From NCBI GenBank assembly GCA_965204755.1, contig OZ242011.1, positions 2,112,001 through 2,176,000 on the forward strand: a DNA stretch of 64,000 nucleotides. Direction: 5' to 3'. Below are positions 54,790 to 64,000 of this stretch, in pieces (positions within the stretch are counted from its first letter, which is position 1; the number at the start of each line of letters is the position of its first letter). The position numbers and the translations under genes were made by a program. The notes under the pieces were generated by a model. That model was not told the DNA's origin and ran no database searches. It saw only the letters and a program-made list of their open reading frames with translations. The stretch is from Candidatus Marinacidobacterium sp. (lineage in GTDB: Bacteria; Acidobacteriota; Vicinamibacteria; Marinacidobacterales; Marinacidobacteraceae).

Positions 54790-55416
54790 ATGGCCGACCG
54801 ACCGGCGCGGCGGGTGCTGATGGACCCGCTGATCCACAACAACCCGATCGCGCTCCAGGTCCTCGGCATCTGCTCGGCGCTCGCGGTGACCACCGGGATG
54901 CAGACCTCGGTGGTCATGAGCGCGGCGGTGGTCGCGGTAACCGCGCTCTCCAACCTCTCGGTGAGCCTGCTGCGGAACCGCATTCCCACCAGCATCCGCA
55001 TCATCGTCCAACTCACGATCATCGCCTCGCTGGTCATCGTCACCGACCAGATCCTGAAGGCGTACCTCTACGAGATCTCCAAACAACTCAGCGTCTTCGT
55101 CGGGCTCATCATCACGAACTGCATCATCATGGGCCGGGCGGAAGCGTTCGCCATGCAGAACCCGCCGCTCCGCAGTTTGCTCGACGGGATCGGGAACGGT
55201 CTCGGTTACGCCGCGCTCCTGCTGGTTACCGGCGCCGCCCGGGAAATCCTCGGCGCCGGCGAGTTCTGGGGCATTCCGGTATTGCCGCTCGCTTCGGAAG
55301 GCGGGTGGTTCACGCCGAACGGGCTCATGGGACTCTCGCCGGGGGCGTTCTTCGTGATCGGGTTCCTGATCTGGCTGCTGCGCGCGTTCCGGCCGGAACA
55401 GGTGGAAGCGGAATGA
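54790..55416 (+). CDS. nqrD: Na+-NQR subunit D
   Basis: ATG at 54790 after GGAGG; motifs [18 protein letters not shown] and [19 protein letters not shown]. Confidence 0.96.
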   Translation: MADRPARRVLMDPLIHNNPIALQVLGICSALAVTTGMQTSVVMSAAVVAVTALSNLSVSLLRNRIPTSIRIIVQLTIIASLVIVTDQILKAYLYEISKQLSVFVGLIITNCIIMGRAEAFAMQNPPLRSLLDGIGNGLGYAALLLVTGAAREILGAGEFWGIPVLPLASEGGWFTPNGLMGLSPGAFFVIGFLIWLLRAFRPEQVEAE

Positions 55417-55454
55417 CCGCGCGGTCGGGTGGGCCGGCGCCCCGGACGAAGTAA

Positions 55455-56072
55455 GTGCTCCAGGACTACCTGAACATCGCCGTCCGGGCGATCTTCGTGG
55501 AGAACATGGCGCTCGCCTTCTTCCTGGGCATGTGTTCCTTCCTCGCCGTCTCGAAACGCGTTTCCACGGCGATCGGGCTGGGCGCGGCGGTGGTGTTCGT
55601 CCTGACGGTAACCGTGCCGCTGAACCAGGCGATCAACGACTACCTGCTGCGTCCGGGGGCGCTCGGCTGGCTGGGGGAAGCGCTGGGCGAGCAGGACCTC
55701 TCGTTCCTGCAGTTCCTCACCTTCATCGGGACGATCGCCGCGACGGTGCAGGTGGTGGAGATGGTGCTCGACCGCCACTTCCCGGCGCTCCACGCCGCCC
55801 TCGGCGTGTTCCTGCCGCTCATCGCGGTGAACTGCGCCATCCTCGGCGCGTCGCTCCTCATGGTGGAGCGCGGGTTGAACCTCGGCGAGTCCGCCGTCTT
55901 CGGGTTCGGCTCCGGTCTCGGCTGGGCGCTCGCCATCGCCGCCCTCGCCGGCATCCGCGAACGCCTGCGCTACCACTCCATACCCGCCGGGCTCCGCGGG
56001 CTGGGCATCACCTTCCTGCTGACCGGCCTGATGGCGATCGGTTTCATGGCGTTCGGCGGGATACAACTGTGA
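55455..56072 (+). CDS. nqrE: Na+-NQR subunit E
   Basis: Motifs [34 protein letters not shown] and GLRGLGITF. Confidence 0.96.
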   Translation: MLQDYLNIAVRAIFVENMALAFFLGMCSFLAVSKRVSTAIGLGAAVVFVLTVTVPLNQAINDYLLRPGALGWLGEALGEQDLSFLQFLTFIGTIAATVQVVEMVLDRHFPALHAALGVFLPLIAVNCAILGASLLMVERGLNLGESAVFGFGSGLGWALAIAALAGIRERLRYHSIPAGLRGLGITFLLTGLMAIGFMAFGGIQL

Positions 56073-56100
56073 CCGCCCGCGGAAGGAGCGCCCGCCGGCC

Positions 56101-57330
56101 GTGAACACGGTTCTTCTCGGGGTCGCCGGGTTCTCCGGCGTCATCCTGGCGCTGGTGGCGGTGCTGCTCTACGCCCGGAGGCGGCTGGTGGCCACCGGGG
56201 AGGTCACGATCCGCGTCAACGACGACCCGCAGCACGACCTGGTGACTCCGGCGGGAGGGACATTGCTCGGCGCGCTCGCCGAGTGCGGGGTGTTCGTGCC
56301 GTCCGCGTGCGGCGGTAAAGGCAGTTGCGGCGTCTGCACCCTCCGGGTGAAGTCCGGCGGCGGCGCGGTGCTCCCGACGGAGCGGAGCCACCTCTCCCGC
56401 GGCGAAGAGCGCGAAGGCGTGCGCCTGTCCTGCCAGGTGAAGGTGAAACAGGATCTCTCCATCGAGGTGCCGCCGGAACTCTTCTCCGTCCGCAAGTGGA
56501 AGTGCCGCGTGCGCTCCAACCACAATGTGGCGACCTTCATCAAGGAACTCGCGCTCGAGTTGCCGGAAGGGGAAGAGGTGCCCTTCCGCGCCGGCGGTTA
56601 CATCCAGATCGATTGCCCGCCCCACGAAGTGCGGTACCGCGACTTCGACATCGAAGAGGAATACCGCGACGACTGGGATCGCTTCGGGATGTGGGACTTC
56701 ACTTCCGCCGTCGAACCCGGTGAAGAGGTGGTGCGGGCGTATTCGATGGCGAACTATCCGGAGGAGAAGGGCGTCATCCTGCTGAATGTGCGGATCGCCT
56801 CCCCGCCGCCGCGCCAACCGGAACTGCCGCCCGGCAAGATGACTTCCTGGCTTTTCCGCCTGAAACCCGGCGACGAAGTCACGATCTCCGGCCCGTTCGG
56901 CGAGTTCTTCGCCAAGGACACCCCGAACGAGATGATCTTCATCGGCGGCGGCGCGGGTATGGCGCCGATGCGCTCCCACATCTTCGACCAGTTCCGCCGG
57001 CTGAAGACGAATCGCAAGGTGTCCTTCTGGTACGGCGCGCGGAGCCTCCGCGAGGCGTTCTACCAGGAGGACTTCGACCGGATCGCCGCCGAATTCCCCA
57101 ACTTCGACTGGAAACTGGCGCTCTCGGAGCCGCTCCCGGAAGACGAATGGACCGGCCTCACCGGTTTCATCCACCAGGTGCTCTACGACAACTACCTGAA
57201 GGCCCACCCCGCCCCGGAGGACGCCGAGTACTACCTCTGCGGCCCGCCGATGATGCTGCAGGCCTGCCTGAAGATGCTCGACGACCTGGGCGTCGAACCG
57301 GAGAACATCGCCTTCGACGACTTCGGCTGA
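56101..57330 (+). CDS. nqrF: Na+-NQR subunit F
   Basis: 2Fe-2[13 protein letters not shown]; [27 protein letters not shown] and C-terminal DDFG. Confidence 0.97.
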   Translation: MNTVLLGVAGFSGVILALVAVLLYARRRLVATGEVTIRVNDDPQHDLVTPAGGTLLGALAECGVFVPSACGGKGSCGVCTLRVKSGGGAVLPTERSHLSRGEEREGVRLSCQVKVKQDLSIEVPPELFSVRKWKCRVRSNHNVATFIKELALELPEGEEVPFRAGGYIQIDCPPHEVRYRDFDIEEEYRDDWDRFGMWDFTSAVEPGEEVVRAYSMANYPEEKGVILLNVRIASPPPRQPELPPGKMTSWLFRLKPGDEVTISGPFGEFFAKDTPNEMIFIGGGAGMAPMRSHIFDQFRRLKTNRKVSFWYGARSLREAFYQEDFDRIAAEFPNFDWKLALSEPLPEDEWTGLTGFIHQVLYDNYLKAHPAPEDAEYYLCGPPMMLQACLKMLDDLGVEPENIAFDDFG

Positions 57331-57401
57331 CCCCGGCCGCGATTCCTACCGTCGTCGTTCGCGGGGAACGGGAAACCCCTTCCCGCGCCCCCGCGGCGTC
57401 T

Positions 57402-59530
57402 TCACTCCCGGCGGATCTCCGCGCTCCAGGTCTCCCCCTCGCCGCTTCGGTATCGGCCGGTGCGCACGCGGGCGATCCCGTAGTCCGGCAGCGGGACCGT
57501 CGCCAGGCAGGCGCGCCCCCCGCCGGCGAGTTCGAACAGGACGCCCCACCGGAAGAAGTCGAAGTCCAGGTTCTCGAAACGGTGCGGCGCGCGCTCCGCC
57601 GGGAGGACCCCCGGCGCTTCGGGATAGACATGCAGGAAGAAACGCCCCTCGCGCAGCGACTCTTCCCGGCAGGAGGCCCGCCGATAGAACAGCATCGGCC
57701 CCTTCGCGGCGGAAACGGAACCGCGGTCGAAGTACACCTCGAAGTCCGCCTCCGCGTCCGGCTCCTTCGTTCGCAGGAACTCGTATGCCTCCCGGTAGCG
57801 ATGCGAAGGCGGCGCGTATCCCCGGTCCACGGCGAAGACCGCGCCGTCGGCGAACTCCGCCAGCGGACGGAGACCGGGCGTGGCGAACAACACCGCCGGG
57901 GGCCCGGCCCGGTAACGGGGCCGCAGGAAGTCCGTGCTCCACACCAGCCGGGCGCCCTCGGGTACTCCTTCCAGGAAGGCGGCGAGCCGTTCCTGCGGGA
58001 GATCGTCTCCCGGCGCCTCTCGACCGACCCAAACCCCGCGGATCGCGCGAAGGTCCGGCCCCCCGCCGAGATGGGCCAGGACCGGCGTCCACAAGTTGGT
58101 GTAGACGCGGCGGGACTCCCCGTAAGAGTCGGCCCGGGCGAACCGCAAGGTCTCCGAACTCGCCCAGGGCTCGCCGAGGTAGCCGTTGGTGAAGAGGACC
58201 TCCGCGGAGTTGGCCCGCGCGACCGCCCGCCGCTGGAGACCGACCTGCCCGACCGCCCACGCCGAGAGGAGCGCCGCCGCCGCGACGGCGCCGGCCCGCG
58301 CGAAGAGTCTCCTGCCGCTCCCGGCTTCGAGGAGCGGGTCGAGCGCCGTAACCAGAGCGAGGACGAGCGGCAATCTGGCGGGAAACAGGTGCCTGGGTTC
58401 GACGCCGTCCTCGCTGTGACCGAGCATCAACGCCGCGAAATAGAGACCGATGAACGCGAGCGCGAAGCCGCCGAAGAGCAGAACCCGCCGCGCCGGTTTC
58501 GTCGGGGACGCGAGGCCGACGCCCGGAGCGGAGCCCCCCCCCCCCCCCCCCCCCCCAATTCTCCGAGGCCGAGGGCTCGGCGGACGGTTCCCGTCCGGGG
58601 CGAACGCAGGAGCGCCGCCAACGGAAGCAGGGCGCCGAGGGCGAGCAGGGCGCCGGAACTGCCGTCGAATCGCGCCCAGGCGAGGACCGCGCTCCCGATG
58701 TCGCTCAAGATCTCGGCGGCGGCGTAGTCCGTAGGGGGAGGACGCCCGGCCCAACTGCCGCTGACGAAGTAGTTCCTCGCAGACCAGGCGAGCATCGGCA
58801 GACCGGCGATCGCGGTGTAGGCCGCCGCGTTCCGGAAGTTCTCCCGGCCCCGCGCCCCCCGGCGCGTCAGGAGAAGCGCGCCGGCGAGGAGCAACAGGAC
58901 CGCGCCGACGAACCGGGTCGAAAACGCCAAACCGGCGAACACCGCGGACCACGCCAGGCAAGCGCGCTTCCCCTCCTCGAGGAAGCCGCCCAGCAGGATC
59001 AGGGCGAGGAGCGTGAACAGTACGAAGACCGGCTCCGTGACCCCGCGCCAGGCCCACTCGGCGAACGGAAGGGACAGCGCCGCCGCGGCCGGTGTCCACA
59101 GGCGGAGGAACCTCGACCGGAGATGACGCGCCGCATACCGGCCGACGACGAAGACGGTGAGCGCGAAGAAGGCGGCCCCCACCAGGTGGATCCCGGAGAA
59201 GAGATCCAGTCCGCCGAGGCGCGCCGCAGAAAGGAGGAGCGGATAGAACGGAGGCCCGGCATAGGTCGGGGCTCTTCGCGAAGGCCAATGCGTGAAGCCT
59301 TCGCCGTCCAGCAGGTTGTCGGTGACGCGGAGGTAGTTGATCGAGTGGATGTCCACCGCCGGCCCGTAGGTGGCGCCCCTCGCCAGCACCAGCGCGAAGG
59401 CGAGCGCGGCCAAGGCGACGACGAACGCGCCGTACCGACTCGACACAAACCGGTTCGGGCGAAGCGGGGACGCTCTCCCGCCTTCGACGCCCGGCCCTCT
59501 CCGCGGCGCCCTCGATCCGCGCAAACCCAC
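57402..59530 (-). pseudogene. polytopic GT-C-like (ArnT/PMT-type) glycosyltransferase, frameshifted at a G23 tract (candidate phase-OFF)
   Basis: The N-half (DIHSINYL, PPFYPLLL, TEPVF, STRFVG, WSARNY) and the C-half (TM helices plus periplasmic FFLHVYP...NLDFDF...LPDY domain) switch frame exactly at the poly-G. Start is 59530 or 59446. Confidence 0.78.
58534..58556 (-). repeat. G23 homopolymer inside the glycosyltransferase gene
   Basis: 23 consecutive C on the + strand. Confidence 0.95.
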
Positions 59531-59796
59531 GCTACCGGGAGTCGCCGGCCTCCGCCCGCTCGTCGAGGGAGGGACGAATCCTCGAGTGCTCCGTCAGCGC
59601 CTCCGCGGCCCGCCGGCGCCCATGGCGACGAAAGGCGGCGTTTCCCGGGCCGCTCCCCGCCGCGCCGGCGATGTACCGGTACCGGGCCGCGACCGGTATC
59701 CCGCGTTCTTCCGCCAACGAGTCCATTGCGAACTCGCGGGCCTCACCGAGGTCTTCCGGAGGAAAGGGAGTCGGCGAGGCGCTGTTTCACGGCTTG

Positions 59797-60333
59797 CTAC
59801 GGCGCCGGTCGGTGCGGGTCCACCGCCGGGTCGGGCGGTTCCATGACGAAGGGGACCTCGATCTCGTACGGAGCGCCTTCGAAGCGGAAGTAGAGGATGG
59901 CGACCGCGTCGTCTTCCTCGACCACCGGCTCGCTGCGGGCGATCCACGCCTCGCCGAATTCGTCTATCTCCGGCCTCAGCGGTTCGAGGACCGCGTCGTC
60001 GCCTTCGCCGCGGCGGAGCGTGATGCGCACATCGTCCGCGACCGCGGCCGGCAACTCGCTGCGGACCGCGTCGGAGAAGTAGAGCCGGTGCTCGCCTTCC
60101 GGCGTGAGCACCACCTCGAAGTGCAGGTCGCCGTGCATGAACACATACCCGCCGTAACGCGGCTGGTGGTCCCCGTGCGCCATGCCGCCCATTCCCGCCA
60201 TTCCGTCCATGCCGCTGTCCATGGACGAATCCGGGTCCCCGCCGCCGCAGCCGGCGAACCACAGCGCCGCCGCGGCGGCCGCGACGGCGAAGGCGCTTCG
60301 GGCGCGTCGGCGGTTCGCCGGTCGGGTACTCAT
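59797..60333 (-). CDS. Met/His-rich lipoprotein, putative metal-binding
   Basis: Lipobox FAGC; MDSGMDGMAGMGGMAHGDHQPRYGG...DLHFEVV. Confidence 0.7.
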   Translation of the reverse strand: MSTRPANRRRARSAFAVAAAAAALWFAGCGGGDPDSSMDSGMDGMAGMGGMAHGDHQPRYGGYVFMHGDLHFEVVLTPEGEHRLYFSDAVRSELPAAVADDVRITLRRGEGDDAVLEPLRPEIDEFGEAWIARSEPVVEEDDAVAILYFRFEGAPYEIEVPFVMEPPDPAVDPHRPAP

Positions 60334-60387
60334 GCTTTCGCGGGGCGGCGGATGATACCGAGCGTTCCGCCGCCGTCCGCGCCGGAC

Positions 60388-61665
60388 TCAGCGCGGCGCC
60401 AGGCCCATCTGCAGCCGGGCGAGGTCGGCGGGCGTCAGCGCTTCGGCGGCGGCGCGGCGGACGGCTTCCCACCGCTCGTCCGGCGGCCGGGTCGGCCCGA
60501 TCACAGCCTCCAGCGCGCGGCGGAACCCGGGGTCGGCGGACGGGCGAACCAGCGAGTAAGCGCCGAACCGGTCGGCGTGGCCGAGCAGGGCGTGCGGGTC
60601 GGACACCAGCGCCTCGAAGTCGAGCGCCCGGAGCGCCGACAGCCGGGGCCGCCGGCCGTCCAGGTAGTCGAAGAGGATGGAGGCGACCACCGGTTCCAGC
60701 GCGCGCAGGGCCTCGTCGGCGGGGTCGGACGGCGCGAGCGCTTCCGCCATCGCGGCCAGCCCCTCGAAGACGGCGGTGCGCGGGCCGTAGAGCGGGACGA
60801 TCCCCAACTCCGGCCACCCGGTCTCCCGGAAGCGCGCCTCGGCGGCCGCCGCCTGCAGGTGGTGGCCGGGGACCCCTTCGTGGCACGCCAGCCGGCGCAA
60901 CTCGCCGGCCCGGTACGGCCGCCAGCCGGGCAGCCGCAGCGCGCCCCGGCCGCCGCCGAGGTACCGGTAGAACGGCGACGCCCCGACGGGATCGCCCGCC
61001 GCCGCCTCCCGCGTGAGCCATTCGACCGCGAGCGGCTCGAGAGCGAGCGCGGCGCCCCCCTCCGGCGCCGGCGCCGAGGCGCGGCAGTCCGCGAGCGCCC
61101 GCTCCACCTCCCGCCGGGCCTCCTCCCCGGCGATCTCCCCCTTCCGGTAGCGCCGGCTCACGCGCACCCGCAGCGGCGCGAGGCCGGGAATCGCCCGCCC
61201 GACCCGGAAGTGGAGCCGCTCCAGGTCGAAGTCCGGCGCCTGCCAGTCCAGCCCGAAGACCCGGCGCAGTTCCTCGGCCACCGGAAGCCGCTCGCCGAGG
61301 AGCGAGCGGACGCGGACGAGGAGCGCGTCCGCGGTGGCGGCCAGGTAGCGGAGCCGGCCTTCGTCCTCCCCCCGCGGCAGCGAGCCCGCGCCCGCGGCGA
61401 GCCGCGCCGCCCGCCGTTCGAGGTCCGCGAGCGGCGCGGGTTCCGACGCGAGCGTCGGCCCGCCCGGGAACCGGTAGTCGAGGAACAGCGGGTCGCGTTC
61501 CGCGAGTTCGAGCGCCAGTTGCGCGAACTCCTCCCCGAGGTCGTCCGCGGTCCGCCACTCCGCCGCCGGTTCGTCCTCCGGGGCGCCGCCGCACCCGGAA
61601 CCGAAGATCACCGCGCCGAGGAGGAGCGGCGTCCCGCGAACCGCCGCGATTCGGCAGGGTCTCAT
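60388..61665 (-). CDS. lipoprotein with DUF885-like metallopeptidase motif
   Basis: Signal ending GSGC; LACHEGVPGHHLQ and downstream FEGLA. Confidence 0.7.
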   Translation of the reverse strand: MRPCRIAAVRGTPLLLGAVIFGSGCGGAPEDEPAAEWRTADDLGEEFAQLALELAERDPLFLDYRFPGGPTLASEPAPLADLERRAARLAAGAGSLPRGEDEGRLRYLAATADALLVRVRSLLGERLPVAEELRRVFGLDWQAPDFDLERLHFRVGRAIPGLAPLRVRVSRRYRKGEIAGEEARREVERALADCRASAPAPEGGAALALEPLAVEWLTREAAAGDPVGASPFYRYLGGGRGALRLPGWRPYRAGELRRLACHEGVPGHHLQAAAAEARFRETGWPELGIVPLYGPRTAVFEGLAAMAEALAPSDPADEALRALEPVVASILFDYLDGRRPRLSALRALDFEALVSDPHALLGHADRFGAYSLVRPSADPGFRRALEAVIGPTRPPDERWEAVRRAAAEALTPADLARLQMGLAPR

Positions 61666-61758
61666 CGAGTCGGCTTCACCGGAGGACGGGCAGGCTGCCC
61701 GGCGGATTCTCCCGCGCCCGGCCCGCCGCCGGCGAACTTCGGTAGGCCGCCGCGAACC

Positions 61759-61787
61759 TTGACAACCCGCCGCCGTCCTTCTAGCGT
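61759..61787 (+). promoter_or_regulatory. sigma70 promoter for rpsU-purD-purE
   Basis: TTGACA (61759-61764), 17-bp spacer, TAGCGT (61782-61787). Confidence 0.7.
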
Positions 61788-61867
61788 TCGCGCCCCTGCC
61801 GGGCGGAATGGCCCGTCCCGGCGCCCAGTTTTCCCAGCATCCCGGAGGACGGAAAGAAAAGGCATTC

Positions 61868-62062
61868 GTGGCGGAAATCTCCATCCAGGAAGGCGAGACC
61901 ATCGATGTGGCGCTGCGCCGGTTCAAGCGGCGCGTCCAGTCCGAGGACATCATCAAGGAAATCAAGCGGCATTCCTTCTACATGAAGCCCGGCGACAAGT
62001 TGCGGGCGAAGCGCGCCGCAGCCCGGAAGCGCGCCCGGAAGCGCCGGCGCCGCACGCGCTGA
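61868..62062 (+). CDS. rpsU: 30S ribosomal protein bS21
   Basis: AEISIQEGETIDVALRRFKRRVQSEDIIKEIKRHSFYMKPG; GTG start at 61868. Confidence 0.95.
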   Translation: MAEISIQEGETIDVALRRFKRRVQSEDIIKEIKRHSFYMKPGDKLRAKRAAARKRARKRRRRTR

Positions 62063-62098
62063 TCCGCGGAGCGGTCTCCACCCTCCTCCCCGCCTGCG

Positions 62099-63382
62099 AT
62101 GCGGGTGCTGCTCGTCGGCGGGGGCGGTCGGGAACACGCCCTCGCCTGGGCGATTGCGAAGAGCCCCGACCTCACTGAGTTGATCGCCGCCCCGGGCAAC
62201 CCCGGGATCGGGCGGCTGGCCCGGCTCGCGCCGGTGTCCGCCGAGGACACCGAAGGCGTCGCGGCCCTGGCGGCGAGCGAGCGGGCGGACCTGGTCGTCG
62301 TCGGCCCGGAAGCGCCGCTCGCCGGCGGGCTCGGCGACCGGCTCGCCGAACGGGGGATCCCCTGCTTCGGCCCGCGCCGGGACGCGGCGCTCCTCGAATC
62401 CTCCAAGGCGTTCGCCAAGGACTTCTGCGCCCGCCACCGCATCCCCACCGGCCGGCACACGGTCGTCCGGGATCCGGAGTCCGCCCGGCTGGCCGTCGCC
62501 TCCGGCGAGTTGGGCGAACGGCCGGTGGTGAAGGCGAGCGGGCTGGCGGCGGGCAAGGGGGTCTTCCTCCCGGAGAGTGACGACGAAGCGGTGGCGGCGG
62601 CGGAACGCCTGCTCGGCGGGAGTCTGGGGGAGGCCGGGGCGGAAGTCGTGCTCGAAGAGCGCCTCTCCGGGCCGGAGGTCAGCGTGTTCGCGCTCACCGA
62701 CGGGAAGACGACGGCGGTCTGCGGGACGGCGCAGGACTACAAGCGGCGGTTCGAGGGCGACGAAGGCCCGAACACCGGGGGGATGGGCTGCGTGAGCCCG
62801 TCGCCGCGCGCCGGGGCGGGGCTCCTCTCGCGGATCGGCCGCGAGGTCGTCGAGCCGACCGTCGCTGGCCTCGCCGCCGAAGGCCGGCCCTACCGGGGCG
62901 TGCTCTACGCCGGGCTGATGCTGACCCCGGACGGCCCGAAGGTGCTGGAGTTCAACATCCGCTTCGGCGATCCCGAGGCGCAGGGGCTCCTCCCGCGGCT
63001 GGACTCCGACCTGCTGCCGCTGCTCCACGGCGCCGCCGCCGGCGGGCTGCCGGCGGAGGAAGTCCGCTTCCGCCCGGAAAGCGCGGTCACCGTGGTGCTG
63101 GCGTCGGAGGGGTACCCCGGCGCCTACGCGAAGGGCCGGCCCATCCGCGGCTTGCCGGAGGGCGTCGAGGACGGCGCCGGCGGGCTGGTCTTCCACGCCG
63201 GGACCCGCGCCGAGGAGGGCGGCGTGGTAACCGCCGGGGGCCGGGTCGCCGCGGTGACCGGGCTCGGCGCCGACCCCGCGGCCGCCCGCCGCGCCGCCTA
63301 CGCCGCCGCCGACCGGATCGAGTGGGAAGGCCGCGTCCTCCGCCGCGACATCGCCGCCGCCGTTCCTTCCGACTCCGCGTAG
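62099..63382 (+). CDS. purD: phosphoribosylamine--glycine ligase
   Basis: Motifs GGGGREHALAW, VGPEAPL, KASGLAAGKGV, GPNTGGMG and EFNIRFGDPE. Confidence 0.97.
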   Translation: MRVLLVGGGGREHALAWAIAKSPDLTELIAAPGNPGIGRLARLAPVSAEDTEGVAALAASERADLVVVGPEAPLAGGLGDRLAERGIPCFGPRRDAALLESSKAFAKDFCARHRIPTGRHTVVRDPESARLAVASGELGERPVVKASGLAAGKGVFLPESDDEAVAAAERLLGGSLGEAGAEVVLEERLSGPEVSVFALTDGKTTAVCGTAQDYKRRFEGDEGPNTGGMGCVSPSPRAGAGLLSRIGREVVEPTVAGLAAEGRPYRGVLYAGLMLTPDGPKVLEFNIRFGDPEAQGLLPRLDSDLLPLLHGAAAGGLPAEEVRFRPESAVTVVLASEGYPGAYAKGRPIRGLPEGVEDGAGGLVFHAGTRAEEGGVVTAGGRVAAVTGLGADPAAARRAAYAAADRIEWEGRVLRRDIAAAVPSDSA

Positions 63383-63444
63383 TCCCGGATCGGGCCGATT
63401 CCCCCCAGCCCCGACCCCGAATCCCCCAGCAAGGAGATCCCCTC

Positions 63445-63954
63445 ATGAGTTCCCCAACCCGCCCCCGAGTGCTGATCGTCATGGGCAGTCCCTCGGACAC
63501 CGAAGTGATGCGCGAGGCGAAGAAGGTCCTCGAGTCGCTCGGCGTGTCCTGCCGGATGGGCGTCTATTCGGCGCACCGGACGCCGGAGCGCGCCGCCGCG
63601 CTCGCCGCTTCGGCGCGGGAGAACGGCGTCCGGGCGATCATCGCCGGCGCCGGCGCCGCCGCGCACCTCGCGGGGGCCCTGGCCGCCCGCACCACGATCC
63701 CGGTGATCGGCGTCCCGCTCGCGGCGACCCCGCTCGCCGGTCTCGACGCGCTGCTGGCCACGGTGCAGATGCCCGGCGGGTTCCCGGTGGGCACGATGGC
63801 CATCGGCAAGCCGGGGGCGCAGAACGCCGGGTTCTACGCGGCGCAGATCGTGGCCCTCGAGGACGCGCAGGTGGCGGAGAACATCGCCGCCTGGCGCCGG
63901 GCGAAGGCCGCCGCCGCCGAAGCCGCTTCGGACGAACTCGAAGCCGAGGACTGA
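63445..63954 (+). CDS. purE: N5-carboxyaminoimidazole ribonucleotide mutase
   Basis: ATG at 63445 after AAGGAG; motifs [29 protein letters not shown] and QMPGGFPV. Confidence 0.97.
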   Translation: MSSPTRPRVLIVMGSPSDTEVMREAKKVLESLGVSCRMGVYSAHRTPERAAALAASARENGVRAIIAGAGAAAHLAGALAARTTIPVIGVPLAATPLAGLDALLATVQMPGGFPVGTMAIGKPGAQNAGFYAAQIVALEDAQVAENIAAWRRAKAAAAEAASDELEAED

Positions 63955-64000
63955 CCGCCCGGCCGCCGGTCAGCCGGTCAGGCGGTCGCGGGCGACCGGC

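Noticed and set aside
59532-59726. 64-aa ORF between the glycosyltransferase and the lipoprotein gene
   Set aside because: No motif or convincing composition; cannot be supported.

Overview
High-GC (about 70%) bacterial chromosomal window. It is probably from a marine Acidobacteriota-like organism, inferred from the bS21 sequence, the TonB-dependent receptor and Na+-NQR. Housekeeping and envelope genes include two amidohydrolases, a ZnuD-like TonB receptor with a DUF2946-type leader peptide, a multicopper oxidase, an MdlAB-like ABC pair, a FabZ-like dehydratase, a SNF2+SWIM pair, nqrAB...CDEF, rpsU, purD and purE. These are interleaved with several conflict/defence modules. The standout is a roughly 19 kb restriction-like island (21.4-40.8 kb). 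One DUF499 ATPase (N-terminal HEPN) and one SNF2 helicase-DUF3883 nuclease are bracketed by two divergent DUF1156 DNA methyltransferase genes. Each methyltransferase is interrupted at the same position by an (AG)n microsatellite (12 and 23 units), and each is out of frame by exactly one repeat unit. This is a candidate dual-specificity, phase-variable methylation/defence switch. A third candidate phase-variable gene, a GT-C-like glycosyltransferase with a G23 tract, lies at 57.4-59.5 kb. The nqr operon is split by a 5.9 kb block holding an NrtR/ARPP-1/DUF488 module and a non-coding array of 40 units of about 32 bp. The array has a 218-bp higher-order repeat and is flanked by two reciprocally frameshifted copies of a gene start. 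AGCT and ACGT look strongly depleted outside the newest island DNA. All family assignments come from motif recognition by eye; no searches were run.
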